Assembly: GCA_963796275.1 (NCBI GenBank)
Contig: CAWCKY010000006.1
Span: forward strand, 1,600,001 to 1,664,000
Origin: an uncultured Acidobacteriota bacterium
Lineage (GTDB): Bacteria > Acidobacteriota > Blastocatellia > RBC074
DNA length: 64,000 nucleotides
Direction of reading: 5' to 3'
Part shown: in pieces, positions 40,682-51,532 of the stretch
How the letters are laid out: every line of letters starts with the position of its first letter
Numbering within the stretch: position 1 is the first letter of the stretch
The notes under the pieces: model-generated
What the model was told of the DNA's origin: nothing
Seen by the model: only the letters and a program-made list of their open reading frames with translations
Databases searched by the model: none
Program-made: the position numbers and the translations under genes

Positions 40682-41747
40682 TTACCACCTCGGGATTCGC
40701 ACGATGCTTGTACCTAGCCCGGAGAGTAATGTACCGCCGACCGATTTGAATCGGCTGTTAGGTACAATGATAACGTCGTTAGCGAAGATGGGGATATCAT
40801 CCTTTTTGCCGTTCATCACCGATGCTATATCCACCTTTATCTCCTGCCTTCTTCTGGTTACCGGGTCTTCGCGGAATATCAACCCGCTGCCGGCTGCGGC
40901 CTTGAATGTTGTCCCCTGTGCGAGTGATATCGCCTGTCTGAGTGTGGTGCCTTCTTTAAATGGGAAAGACCCAGGAGCGTGGATACTCGCCGGCGACGAA
41001 GAACACGTCGGCTGGCGGTATATTGATGATGCTACCAGGTTCGACGTACATATTTTTATCGAAGTCCCCTCTAAATAACCCGCTGATACTCACTCTGATC
41101 AGTTCGTACATATCCTCTTCTTTTTCTTTACTTTCCTGTGATTCAACCGGTGATTCATCTCCATTGGGGGTGTCAGCTACAGCGCGATGTAAGATGGGAG
41201 TGCTCATCGGCTGCTTCACCTCACGGATGATGAAGGCGCTCGTCCCATGATTAATACTCAACCCTCCGGCGACGATAATCAGTTTCATGAGCGTCGGCTT
41301 GCCTTCGAGCTGGTACGCACCAGGGCGGTTGACCGCTCCTTGAATGAAGAAGGTATGGCTGTTTAACTGTTCAATCGTAATGGATACGCGAGGGTTTTTG
41401 AGATATCGTCCGCGCAGACCATCGGCGATAAGCGCGGCCAATTCTTCCTGAGTCTTATTCTGAACGGTCATCCGGCCGAGAAAATCCAAGCTGATTGTGC
41501 CTGAAGCAGACACGCGAAATTCACCTGATAACTCGGGCGCTCGGTCGATGTTGATGCCGATCACATCGCCGGGGCCGATTCGATAGTCCTCTTTTGTTTC
41601 AGCAATGGCGCGAGTGAGACTCGCTTCGTCCAACGGTTGGGGCCGTGGGCGGCTCACCGGACCTTGTTGAGCCGATTGCGCCGTGCATACCAGGGGAGAC
41701 CAGGATGCTACGAGACAAAGCAAGAGAAATTGATACTTGGTTAGCAT
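40682..41747 (-). CDS. wza: Wza-like polysaccharide export protein (Poly_export + SLBB); frameshift near 40985
   Basis: YRIGPGD, G.ISL..LG, YLKNPRV, GAVNRPGAY and FFVAGE, then in another frame HAPGSFPFKEGTTLRQAISLAQG..ANDVIIVP. Confidence 0.85.
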
Positions 41748-41821
41748 AGTGATTCTCCACGGAAAATCAGTAGGCAATCCGCATGGATTGTGGCAGCAAT
41801 GTTCACGAAACTGAGCAGCAG

Positions 41822-41875
41822 ACACACCCCACCCACAAACTTCAAAACCATAAAGGAAACCTCATGCCGAGGCAG
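41822..41875 (-). promoter_or_regulatory. Conserved upstream motif, copy 1 (shared with the capD-like leader)
   Basis: Plus strand ACACACC-N18-ACCATAAAGGAAA-N5-TGCCGAGGCAG. Confidence 0.45.
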
Positions 41876-42062
41876 CTGACTGATTTTCCGATGTGCCACT
41901 GATTTCGAGATGTACCTCTACTGAGGCTGTTTGCGGTGTGGCTATGGTGTTATGTTATTTAAAATTTTGGCTTGAGATTTCGCCGTTCTATGGCTAAGAT
42001 ACACAACAACCGAAGTGTGCTTCTTCAAGCATGTAAGTGCGACGAAGAGAGCATATTATCCA

Positions 42063-42100
42063 AAGGCTCCGTCACTGCTTCCAGTTAGTGGCGGGGCCTT
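42063..42100 (-). terminator. Hairpin in the putative EPS operon leader
   Basis: Minus strand AAGGCCCCGCCACT-loop-AGTGACGGAGCCTT followed by only a short T run. Confidence 0.4.
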
Positions 42101-42408
42101 AGAATTATGACAGTCTCTTACTCAAACCCCTAAACTTTCCCACCTCCATCACTACCACCCATACCTCTGCTTCGGGTATTCTTATATGAAACATATACGA
42201 TTTACATTGATGATAACTACCGATCGGTTAAAGAGATGGCTATCGGCCGTAACTTGGCAAGATTTACGGTGAGTGTCACAGGTCGGGATAAACCTCATGC
42301 TTCCTCTATTTCCTTAGTAGATCCGTATATCCCAGTTTGCATCCTGTGATGTAAAGAGCACGGCTACCTGTTAATCAAGTATTAAATCTCTCTTCCTGCA
42401 GGTTGATG

Positions 42409-42437
42409 ATATTGCATAAACTTACCTCACTTGTCAA
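42409..42437 (-). promoter_or_regulatory. Candidate sigma70 promoter for the EPS locus
   Basis: Minus strand TTGACA-17nt-CAATAT. The -10 box is imperfect. Confidence 0.35.
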
Positions 42438-42632
42438 GTATGTTCTTAATAAGATGCTAAGAAAAATAAGATTTGCTGTGTATTGTGAGATTGTGACAGA
42501 AAGCTCCCGGAGAGCGAGCAGTTGATGGCGCATATCGCCTGTTAACCGAGGTAAGGTGTTCGCTGGCGGTACGGCGGTTTAGCAGTTTAGCGGCTCGGAT
42601 TTGACAGATGTGTAGTATAAGATGTGTGGTAT

Positions 42633-43436
42633 ATGATGGGTACTATAAGGATATTCCGCGTCATATCTCGCTCGGCAGCATTGATTTTAACGGCCGCAAC
42701 TATCTATCTCCTTTGGGCCATTGGCAACTTTCTGCTCCTGCCGCTTTGGGAGTCCAGGCGGCGATGGCTCATCTTCATGATCAAAACCTGGGCGAAGCTG
42801 GTTGCGAGAATCGTGGGAATGTCGATTGAAGTGAAGGGTGAGCCGCCTCAACCGCCGTTCTTTCTGGTATCGAACCATTTGAGTTATATCGACATCATCG
42901 CTTATGCTGCGCGTCTTGGCAGTCTATTTGTTGCCAAGCGAGAGATCGGCTCATGGCCGTTTATCGGTTGGATCGCGCAGAGTATCGGCACGATCTTTAT
43001 CGATCGAACCAATTTTCAGGACATCCCGCGCGTAATCAGTTTGATCAATAGAAATCTTGATACTGGTTACGGCATCGTCCTCTTCGCCGAGGGGACCAGC
43101 ACGAGAGGCGATAAAGTATTACCATTCAACCCGGCGCTGCTTGAGCCGGCAGCCAGGGGAAACTATCCCGTATCCTATGCCTCTATCAGTTATCGCACGC
43201 CACCGGATGAAAAACCTGCTCACCTTGCTGTTTGTTGGTGGGACAATATCAGTTTCTTATCGCACGCCGGTGCATTGCTCAAAATGCGGAAATTCGATGC
43301 CGTTCTTACCTTCGGCTCTCACGCGATTCAAGCCGATGATCGTAAAACCCTGGCCAGGAGTTTATGGGTCGCCGTGAACAATCAATTTATCCCGGTAGTC
43401 GAACCATCGTCGGTAGATCATAAAAAAGGAGTTTGA
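42633..43436 (+). CDS. Lysophospholipid acyltransferase (PlsC/OlsA-like)
   Basis: NHLSYID (HX4D), FIDR and FAEGT motifs. Confidence 0.9.
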   Translation: MMGTIRIFRVISRSAALILTAATIYLLWAIGNFLLLPLWESRRRWLIFMIKTWAKLVARIVGMSIEVKGEPPQPPFFLVSNHLSYIDIIAYAARLGSLFVAKREIGSWPFIGWIAQSIGTIFIDRTNFQDIPRVISLINRNLDTGYGIVLFAEGTSTRGDKVLPFNPALLEPAARGNYPVSYASISYRTPPDEKPAHLAVCWWDNISFLSHAGALLKMRKFDAVLTFGSHAIQADDRKTLARSLWVAVNNQFIPVVEPSSVDHKKGV

Positions 43437-43644
43437 TCATCTCTCGAGGCCGATCAGAATAGCCGCATGGGATGAGCTATGGCTACAAACCGACTGTCAT
43501 AATACTTTCAGACACTTTCAGCTCGATCTTCGTTGGTTAACCTTTGCCGGAGACCGCTGCAGACGGGCGCGCGAGGAGGCGGATCAATATATTCAACAAG
43601 ATGTTGGGAAAAATAGGGTCGACTATTTATTGATATTGTGCGTT

Positions 43645-44556
43645 ATGCAAATATGGTTATCCAAAGACAGTAATGTTCCGGTACGCGAGCAATTGAAGGC
43701 GCAGATCAAGCTGGCCATTCTCAGCCACGATTTGAAACCGGGCCAGAAACTGCCGAGCACGCGCGAACTCGCGCGGCGTTTCACTATCCATCCCAATACA
43801 GTGAGCGCCGCTTATCGAGAGCTTTCGGGAGAGGGATGGGTTGATCTGCGCGCCGGCAGCGGAATCTATGTCCATACATTCAAATCGGATGCCGCGCTCG
43901 AATCGCAGCATGATCTGGATGGGTTGATAATTGAGTTTTTACGGATAGCGCGGCGCCAAGAGTTTTCACTCTCCGAGATACAATCCCGCATCAAACACTG
44001 GATGAGGTTGCAGCCGCCCGATCATTTTCTGGTAATCGATCCGGATCAGGAATTTCGTGCGATTTTAATCACTGAGCTGAGACAGGCTCTCAACTTTCGT
44101 GTGGAAGGAGCGAGCCTCGCGGACTGCGGCAATCGAGGTACATTGGTCGGCTCGATTCCGGTGGCGCTTTATGGTCAAGCGGAAACGATTACCGCCGTAT
44201 TACCGGATAAATTGTCGTGTCTGTTGATACGCACACGATCGGTCCCGGAGACGCTGAAGGAAGAGAAGATGCCATCGAAAGATGACCTGATTATTATCGT
44301 TTCCCGGTGGCCCGCATTTCTGCAGTACGCTCATTCCATACTGGGCGCGTTCAAAATCGACCCCGATTCTTTGAACTTTCGCGATGCGCGTGAGCCCGAT
44401 TGGCAAAAGGGCTTGCGCGCCGGCACGTTTGTCATAACCGATGCCGCCACCGCAGAACATATACCTTCCGGCGTGCGCGTGCGTGTCTTCCGGATAATCG
44501 CAGAAACATCTCTCGTAGAGTTGCGGCAATACGTCGAGAAGTTTCTGACCCGCTGA
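43645..44556 (+). CDS. GntR-family transcriptional regulator
   Basis: PGQKLPSTRELA..HPNTVSAAYREL..GSGIYV winged HTH. Confidence 0.9.
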   Translation: MQIWLSKDSNVPVREQLKAQIKLAILSHDLKPGQKLPSTRELARRFTIHPNTVSAAYRELSGEGWVDLRAGSGIYVHTFKSDAALESQHDLDGLIIEFLRIARRQEFSLSEIQSRIKHWMRLQPPDHFLVIDPDQEFRAILITELRQALNFRVEGASLADCGNRGTLVGSIPVALYGQAETITAVLPDKLSCLLIRTRSVPETLKEEKMPSKDDLIIIVSRWPAFLQYAHSILGAFKIDPDSLNFRDAREPDWQKGLRAGTFVITDAATAEHIPSGVRVRVFRIIAETSLVELRQYVEKFLTR

Positions 44557-44759
44557 GTCGATACGCTGCAGAATGATCTACCTCGCTACTCCGGTTTTTG
44601 CATTTTCTGGTTTCCTATATTTACTTTTTGCCGTGGGTTTCCGAATGTGGCGGTGAAGAAAGTGCCACAATCGCAGGCATTTATCTGGTAAATATTTTGT
44701 TATACATCTTATTGATTAATGCAGTTTGGACATGCCTCGAAATGTGGAAGGAGTGACGA

Positions 44760-47700
44760 ATGGAGTGGTGGATAATTTTTATTTTATTCCTGTTGGCTCT
44801 GGTGACTGTCATCGGACATGGCATCTGGGTGATTTGTCGGTATGTAGTTCGTGGCATCGTAAATCGAGAGAGTGCAAATCCCCCGATCAAATGCCGGGTG
44901 TGCGGTACGACTTTGAGTTTGGGGAGCAATTTTTGCGGTTTTTGCGGAAGAAAACAGGTGACGCACGAGCAGAATTCCCCTGATCTGGATATCTTCATCA
45001 GACAGCTTGATCGCCTACTTTCGCGGGGAAAGATCGATCAGACGACATACGACTCCGTCATGCAGGCGGTCAAAGACGAACAGCCGCGCCCGAGACATGA
45101 GAGAGGGTTGGTTCCGCAGTCTCCCAAAGTGGAAATCACAGACCCGGCTGATTTGCTAGAACGGCCCATCTCAACTGCGCCCACCGATCCAGTGGAAACG
45201 ACGGCTCCAGAAATACCCGATCGTCCAATCACAATCGACCGTCCGCCGGTTCTGGCAGAAAGGTCCCTATCGATCGCAACACCCAATCCTGTGGAAGCAA
45301 CGGCCGCTAAGAAGCCCGATCGCCAACCGTCCCGATCATTCACAGAGGTGCTCGCCACGTTTATGGAAGAGCGCAGCATCATGTGGGGTGAGGTCATCGG
45401 AGGGTTACTGATCGTCGGATTCTCGACAGCGCTCGTTGTCAGATTCTGGGCGCAGATCACAATGTTCCCGTTGCGCCAGTTTTTAGTATTCACCGGCATA
45501 ACTATCGCGTTGTTCGGGCTGGGATTTTATAGCGCGCACCGGTGGAAACTGCCCACGACCAGCCGGGGTGTCTTGATCATTGCGTCACTGCTAGTGCCCC
45601 TCAATTTCCTGGGAATATCAGCCTATTCATCGACTGCGTTTCCCGCGTCGAGATCAATCATCGCCTGTGAACTGGCCGCCCTCGCTCTTTTCCTGTTTCT
45701 CGTCTACCTGGCGGGCCGCGTGATTCTGCCCCGCTGCGAATGGCTCCTGGTGTGCGCAGCGCTCGGCCCTTCGTTCACTATGATGCTGGCGCAACACTGG
45801 ACGGCCACGGATGATGAGATACGGCAGTTGATGCTGTTGGGTGTTTTCCCGCTGGCTTTCTACTGGGTCAGTATGGGCGCGGTCCTGCGCCGGATAAAAA
45901 AGAACGATATTGAAGTCAGTACGGCACATAATTTCATCACGCTGGGAATCGGGATTTTTTCAGCGTCGCTGCCGTTCGCCTTGTTGATCTTCGATAATGC
46001 GAGCTATACCGCAGCTCTGCGGGAATATGCGCCATTGATAGCTTTTTTTGGAGTGCCTGCGATCGCCACAGGCCTTGCGGTCTGGCTCAGATTACCGCCG
46101 GCCGAACTGTCTGGCAGCATGCGAACGCTTGCGACTAGCATAAGTTTCATAGGTGGGCTCATAGCTCTCTCCGCCCTTCCGATCGCCTGGCCGGACCCGG
46201 TTTCGCTTTTGCTTGTAGCGTTGATCAACTGTGGGATCTGCTATGCGCTTGCCTTTGCGTTCAAGCCGCTCAAGTTATTACATTGCCTGGCCATTGCGCA
46301 TCTCCTGTTGGGTTATCTGATAGGTATCAATCTCGCCGTAAAAAATATCCCGCCCCGGGGAGAGGATGGGGCCCGTCTACTCGGATCATTGGCATCACCG
46401 GCGAGCACTTATTCGCTGGTGTTCTTTTTCCTATTCCTGTCGATCGTAGCTGAACTGCTGCTGAAAGCGGGTAGTAGGGAGTCGAAGACCGGAGAAGGAA
46501 TGATAGCGGCAGGAGTTGAGAGGTACTATGCCATCGCTGCCGCGACTGTGGGAGCTATATGCCTGGCGCTCACTACGCTTCACGGGTTCGCTCGCGCCGG
46601 CGATCCGCACCAAACCGCGATGATCTATGCATTCTATTCAATCGCAGCGTTCATCGCCGCGTGGCGAAGGGAGGCTGGGATTGCGGGCTGGATCGGATCC
46701 GGATTGGCGATACTCGCAGTTTTGCAGGCGATGGCCTTCAAATTCGGGGCCGCACTAGCGTCGTATCATCCCGTAAGAAATTCTTTCCTCGTATGTGCAA
46801 GCGTTGCGTCGATCACCGCCATCTTATTGCGAGGCGAACGAGCGCAGCGTTTATATCGCCCGCCTCTCACCGCCAGCGCCCTATTCGCTACGACAGTTGC
46901 CGCCTTTGGTATTCTGTTGGGCGGTTGGATGACAACAACGAGGATGTCAGCCGGTATGTTATGGCTGTCGCTCATCTGGGCCCTCCTGGCCTGTTTCAAT
47001 GGCTGGCCCAAGTTGTTCGCGGCTTTTCAAGCGGCTCTGGCCTTGAGCGTGGTTTTTGGGACGGCTGCGGTGGTCGATCATCGATTCGCATCCACATCGG
47101 CACTTGATCCATTGATGATTCAGGCTCAGGGTATTGCGCTCGCGCTCCTGAGCTTCGCGTGGGTGCTGGTTCGGTTATATCTGCGGAGCGCCGGTTATAA
47201 AAACGAAGCGGGTCATCCCGATACTTCGGTCGCCGCGAAGCTGCTCTATCCGGGTTGGCCCGCGATCGACCGCATCACGATCTTCATCTCAATATTGATG
47301 CTATTCTTTTTGAGCGCCACCGCGTTATTGCCGTTGTCGTATGCGGGCCACTATGCGTTGGATTCGGCGGGGGCTGGCTCGTGGATGCTGGCTTTCGTCT
47401 TGGCGATTGTCCTGTTAGCAGGATTGTGGGTCAGGTTCGAGCAAGTCACCGTATTGGCACTGCTCATTTTATTGTCGTGCGTCACTATGCTGCTGGCGGG
47501 CCGTTGGCTGCCGAACGGTGCGGAAGCGACCGCATTCTCCTGGTTCGCATCGTGCGGCTTCCTGATCGCCTCTCTACCGATACTGTTTCGCAATCAAGTA
47601 TCGCACTTGTGCCTGCATTGCGGCTGGCCGGAGATGAAGGAGCGGTCTGCGGGATTGAAAAGCGCCGCGCGGATATTGTCTCTCATCCTATTCGTTGCGC

Positions 47701-49892
47701 CCGTTTTGCTCTCGACCTTCATTACTTTGGGATGGACGGGATCGAGTCGGGAGGTGCCGGATTTTATCGGGATCGGAACGACAGCCTCGCTCGTCATTCC
47801 GCTTATCGTGATCAGCCTCACATTGATCGCGCACGCCTTGGGAGAGCGCTCTACCGGATACGCGATCTTCTCGAGCGTCATGCTAAACCTGGCTGTAACG
47901 ATGGGGAGTCTTCTCGGTGAAAGCGAGTTCGGGTGGCCGTTGTTAGTACGCATTGTCAATTTGAACATCCTGACGATGTCCGTCACATCGCTCGCCTGGT
48001 TTGCCGCGGTTCGTTTATGGCTCGATCCTGTAACATTTCGCAGAGGCGCGATTCGCCGGGCGCCTCATCAACCCCTTGCTTCGCTCTCGCTCATTTTGTG
48101 CGTCATCGTTGGCGTAATTCATCTTTGCGCCATGATTTTCAATCCGGGTTCACTGAGCGAAGCGGCGTGGTCCGGATGGATTGCCATAACTTCCATACTC
48201 GTATTGATGATTGCATGTCTCTGGGATGGTGAATATAAGTATGCGCTACCGGGACTATTCCTGACCGGCCTGCTGATCATCTGCGCGCTTCTGATCGATC
48301 TCGGTGGCGCGGACCTGAGCATGGCTGGTTCTATATTGCTCGCCTCGTACGGGCTGGCTCTGAGCGTCTTATGGCACAAGCGCAGCGCGTTGGTGGGTTT
48401 CACCGAAATCCTGAATCTGCCGAAAAGAGATCCCGCAACATCCTGGGAATGGCTGATGTCTGCGAATGCGATGATCACACTCTCGCTCATCGTCATCAGC
48501 TTGATAAGCGTCTTCTCTTTCGATGCGCTGACCCATCGTATGGTAGTCGCCACCGCAGCGCTCACGCTCCCCGTCTCAACCGGGCTGCTCGGCGCCGGCG
48601 AGCGGAAAGGGCATCTGATAACGATCTCGGTCAACCTGGGGCTATTGAGCGCGTTGATCTGGAGCTGGGCGTGGATCGAACCGGAAACGGGGGGACGCAA
48701 TTATCTGGTCGCGGTAGCGGCGATGATGACCATCGTGGTCGCGGGGGTCAAGCTTTGGGCTATGCCGTTGTTCATTTCGTATGCGAGCGAATGGCGCGCT
48801 TCATTGCGGCCTGAAATCTCCAGGATAGTCGTGATCGGGCTTATCTCGCTCGCGGCCCTGTTTATCATCGATCTGCGGGACTACTTCATCGCGGGCGAAG
48901 TGATGATGGGCGAGACCGCCGTATTCATCGTGCTGGCGACTTTAATCGTTCTGAGTTTGCTTAGCCTCGCGCTCGCTCTCATACCGGGCGAGGATCCATT
49001 GGGTTTGGACAAACCGGAACTCGAACGGAAGAAGATGGGGTATGTCTATGCTGCAGAGGCCTTCATCGCGATGGGGCTGATGCACGCGCGCATCACGATG
49101 CCGTGGTTGTTCGGAGGGGTATTCCAGCTTTTCTGGCCGCTCATTGTCATGGCGTTGGCATTTAGCGGCGTTGCCCTGGGGGAATTATTTCGCAGGAGAA
49201 AGCTATATGTACTCGCGGAGCCGCTGGCGAGAACGGGAATGATTCTGCCCTTATTGCCGGTCTTCGGTTTCTGGGTTGCGGATTCGCTTGTCCCTTTATC
49301 CGGTTTGTTGCTGTTGGTAGGGTTGTTCTACGGGATACTGTCGGTGATGCGACATTCATTTTTCATCGGACTGCTGGCGGCGGTGGCAGGAAATGGCGGG
49401 GTATGGCATTTCTTCAACGGGATAGATGGATATGGTTTCTATCAACATCCTCAGCTCTGGTTGATACCTGCGGCTCTATCGGTGCTCGCTGCCGCTCGGG
49501 TCAATCGAGATAGCCTGACTCAGGATCAGATGACCGGGATACGGTATGCATCGCTGATGACGATCTACATCTCTTCGACGGCGGATATCTTCATCAATGG
49601 TGTTTATGAAAAGCCGTGGTTATCTGTGTTACTCGCGGCGATATCGGTTTCGGGCGTGATAGCAGGACTGATTTTGCGGGTGCGCGCATTTCTCTTCCTG
49701 GGGACGGGTTTTTTACTGATCGCGGTGCTCACCATGATCTGGACCGCGTCGGTCACTCTGGGCTGGAGCTGGTTGTGGTATGTCACCGGGATCGCCCTCG
49801 GAATTTTTATCATATATTCATTCGCGATGTTTGAACGGAGACGGACGCGGATGTTGAATCTGCTTGACCAATTGAAACAATGGAAAGCATGA
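44760..49892 (+). CDS. Very large polytopic membrane protein (1710 aa) with an N-terminal zinc ribbon
   Basis: N-terminal TM, CRVC..CGFC, Pro-rich duplicated linker, FMEERSIMWGEVIGGLL, then dozens of hydrophobic helices. Confidence 0.85.
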   Translation: MEWWIIFILFLLALVTVIGHGIWVICRYVVRGIVNRESANPPIKCRVCGTTLSLGSNFCGFCGRKQVTHEQNSPDLDIFIRQLDRLLSRGKIDQTTYDSVMQAVKDEQPRPRHERGLVPQSPKVEITDPADLLERPISTAPTDPVETTAPEIPDRPITIDRPPVLAERSLSIATPNPVEATAAKKPDRQPSRSFTEVLATFMEERSIMWGEVIGGLLIVGFSTALVVRFWAQITMFPLRQFLVFTGITIALFGLGFYSAHRWKLPTTSRGVLIIASLLVPLNFLGISAYSSTAFPASRSIIACELAALALFLFLVYLAGRVILPRCEWLLVCAALGPSFTMMLAQHWTATDDEIRQLMLLGVFPLAFYWVSMGAVLRRIKKNDIEVSTAHNFITLGIGIFSASLPFALLIFDNASYTAALREYAPLIAFFGVPAIATGLAVWLRLPPAELSGSMRTLATSISFIGGLIALSALPIAWPDPVSLLLVALINCGICYALAFAFKPLKLLHCLAIAHLLLGYLIGINLAVKNIPPRGEDGARLLGSLASPASTYSLVFFFLFLSIVAELLLKAGSRESKTGEGMIAAGVERYYAIAAATVGAICLALTTLHGFARAGDPHQTAMIYAFYSIAAFIAAWRREAGIAGWIGSGLAILAVLQAMAFKFGAALASYHPVRNSFLVCASVASITAILLRGERAQRLYRPPLTASALFATTVAAFGILLGGWMTTTRMSAGMLWLSLIWALLACFNGWPKLFAAFQAALALSVVFGTAAVVDHRFASTSALDPLMIQAQGIALALLSFAWVLVRLYLRSAGYKNEAGHPDTSVAAKLLYPGWPAIDRITIFISILMLFFLSATALLPLSYAGHYALDSAGAGSWMLAFVLAIVLLAGLWVRFEQVTVLALLILLSCVTMLLAGRWLPNGAEATAFSWFASCGFLIASLPILFRNQVSHLCLHCGWPEMKERSAGLKSAARILSLILFVAPVLLSTFITLGWTGSSREVPDFIGIGTTASLVIPLIVISLTLIAHALGERSTGYAIFSSVMLNLAVTMGSLLGESEFGWPLLVRIVNLNILTMSVTSLAWFAAVRLWLDPVTFRRGAIRRAPHQPLASLSLILCVIVGVIHLCAMIFNPGSLSEAAWSGWIAITSILVLMIACLWDGEYKYALPGLFLTGLLIICALLIDLGGADLSMAGSILLASYGLALSVLWHKRSALVGFTEILNLPKRDPATSWEWLMSANAMITLSLIVISLISVFSFDALTHRMVVATAALTLPVSTGLLGAGERKGHLITISVNLGLLSALIWSWAWIEPETGGRNYLVAVAAMMTIVVAGVKLWAMPLFISYASEWRASLRPEISRIVVIGLISLAALFIIDLRDYFIAGEVMMGETAVFIVLATLIVLSLLSLALALIPGEDPLGLDKPELERKKMGYVYAAEAFIAMGLMHARITMPWLFGGVFQLFWPLIVMALAFSGVALGELFRRRKLYVLAEPLARTGMILPLLPVFGFWVADSLVPLSGLLLLVGLFYGILSVMRHSFFIGLLAAVAGNGGVWHFFNGIDGYGFYQHPQLWLIPAALSVLAAARVNRDSLTQDQMTGIRYASLMTIYISSTADIFINGVYEKPWLSVLLAAISVSGVIAGLILRVRAFLFLGTGFLLIAVLTMIWTASVTLGWSWLWYVTGIALGIFIIYSFAMFERRRTRMLNLLDQLKQWKA

Positions 49893-49964
49893 GGGAGAGA
49901 AGTCCGGAATCTCTAATAGCCGGGGCGATGCGCAGCCCATGGTAAGTGGTAAGCGGGGCGTTTA

Positions 49965-50350
49965 AGCGCCGAAGGCGCGGAATAGAATAGCCAGGGGTGG
50001 AGCGCGTGCCGCGCGTAACCCCTGGTAATCGGCAAGCGAATCGACGCGCCCTGTAAGGGCGCAATAGGCGAATGGCTATTTCGCCCGTTCAGGGCTTGTC
50101 GGTTCTCCTCGATGCTTCCCAGGGGCTGCGCTGCGTTCCACCCCTGGCTATTTTATTTAGGCCCCTTTGGGGCCCTTTCAGGGTTTTGATGCATCGTGGT
50201 GATGTGTTCCAGGGGCAGCGCTTCGCTCACCCCTGGCTGTTTTATTTAGGCTCCTTTGGGCCCTTTCAAAGTTTTGGTGCTTCTTGGTGATGCGTTCCAG
50301 GGTCTGCACTTCGCTCACCCTCTGGTGTTCGTTTGCGCTCCGTTGGGGCG
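49965..50350. repeat. REPIN-like cluster (family C) with a ~89-bp tandem amplification
   Basis: CCAGGGG..CCCCTGG hairpins; repeat units start at ~50119, 50209 and 50297. Confidence 0.75.
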
Positions 50351-50433
50351 GAAACCGTAATATCCATCAGAATAAAAGATTGATAAGGATAACGTCTGAG
50401 GTCGCTGGCATCAGACAATAGGAGGGCAGAGTA

Positions 50434-51516
50434 ATGAAGAATATATTTTTGCTGTTGCTTCTGGGGGTATTTCTTCCGGCTTCTGTTTTTCATCTTCAGA
50501 CTTCGGACCTCACAGAAGCGCATTGGATATCGCAGACCAGCCATACGACGGCCAGGTTGCGGGGCGTCAGCGCGGTCAGCGAGCAAGTCGCGTGGGCGAG
50601 CGGGAGCAATGGCACTTTTCTGAGGACCGTCGATGGCGGGACGACATGGCAGTCTGCGATCGTGCCCGGCGCTGAATCCCTCGATTTCCGAGATGTCGAG
50701 GCATTCGACGCAAACACAGCATGCCTGCTCAGCATCGGCGAGGGCGAGAAATCCAAAATCTTCAAAACCACCGATGGCGGCCGTAATTGGAAATTGCAGT
50801 TCTCAAATCGCAATCCGAAAGCATTCTTCGATGCTATGGCATTCTGGGATGCCGATCATGGTATCGCCTTCAGCGATCCGGTCGATGGTCGCTTCCTGAT
50901 CATCAAAACCGATGATGGCGGAAAGACCTGGAGAGAGGTACCGCGTGAAAACATTCCGCCCGCCCTCCCCGACGAGGCCGCATTCGCCGCCAGCGGAACA
51001 TGCATCACGGTGCAGGGGCGAAATAACGTCTGGATAGGGACCGGCGGCGGCGCCGCGCGCGTTTTCAGATCGACCGATGGAGGTATTACCTGGCAGGCGG
51101 CGGCGACGCCCATACCCGGTGGACAACCGTCATCCGGAATTTTTTCAATAGCCTTCAAAGACTCGATGAACGGAGTGATTGTGGGCGGCGATTATAGGAA
51201 GGAGAGCGAAGCGCGTGACAATGTGGCAACCACTACTGATGGCGGCCGCACCTGGAATTTGGTGAAAGGTTCTCTGCCGGGAGGATTCAGGTCGGGCGTC
51301 TTCTACACGCCTGGCGCGGTTGTCGCAGTCGGGCCGTTGGGATCTGACTATTCGTTGGATGGCGGCGCGAATTGGAGGAGCTTCGGGTCAGCTGGTTTTC
51401 ACGCGCTCAGCTTCGCACGATCCGGCGCCGGTTGGGCTGTGGGGGAGGGAGGAAGAGTAGGGAAGTTCGTGGGAGGCCAATCGCAAAACTCACAAAAAAG
51501 AGAGCAAAAAAAGTAA
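50434..51516 (+). CDS. Secreted BNR/Asp-box repeat (YCF48/sialidase-like beta-propeller) protein
   Basis: Signal peptide and six T/S.DGG..W Asp-boxes. Confidence 0.88.
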   Translation: MKNIFLLLLLGVFLPASVFHLQTSDLTEAHWISQTSHTTARLRGVSAVSEQVAWASGSNGTFLRTVDGGTTWQSAIVPGAESLDFRDVEAFDANTACLLSIGEGEKSKIFKTTDGGRNWKLQFSNRNPKAFFDAMAFWDADHGIAFSDPVDGRFLIIKTDDGGKTWREVPRENIPPALPDEAAFAASGTCITVQGRNNVWIGTGGGAARVFRSTDGGITWQAAATPIPGGQPSSGIFSIAFKDSMNGVIVGGDYRKESEARDNVATTTDGGRTWNLVKGSLPGGFRSGVFYTPGAVVAVGPLGSDYSLDGGANWRSFGSAGFHALSFARSGAGWAVGEGGRVGKFVGGQSQNSQKREQKK

Positions 51517-51532
51517 TGAGCGGGATGACGCG

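Noticed and set aside
42182-42298. 38-codon minus-strand leader ORF (MRFIPTCD...)
   Set aside because: RBS spacing is poor and there is no supporting signal; it could arise by chance.
41900-42400. c-di-GMP riboswitch or canonical ops/JUMPStart in the EPS leader
   Set aside because: I could not find the consensus motifs by eye; an Infernal search is needed.
42601-42630. TTGACA upstream of the acyltransferase as a promoter
   Set aside because: No -10 box at 16-18 nt spacing.
50119-50350. Regularly spaced repeats as a CRISPR array
   Set aside because: Only three degenerate units, the intervening sequences resemble each other (tandem duplication), and there are no cas genes in the window.
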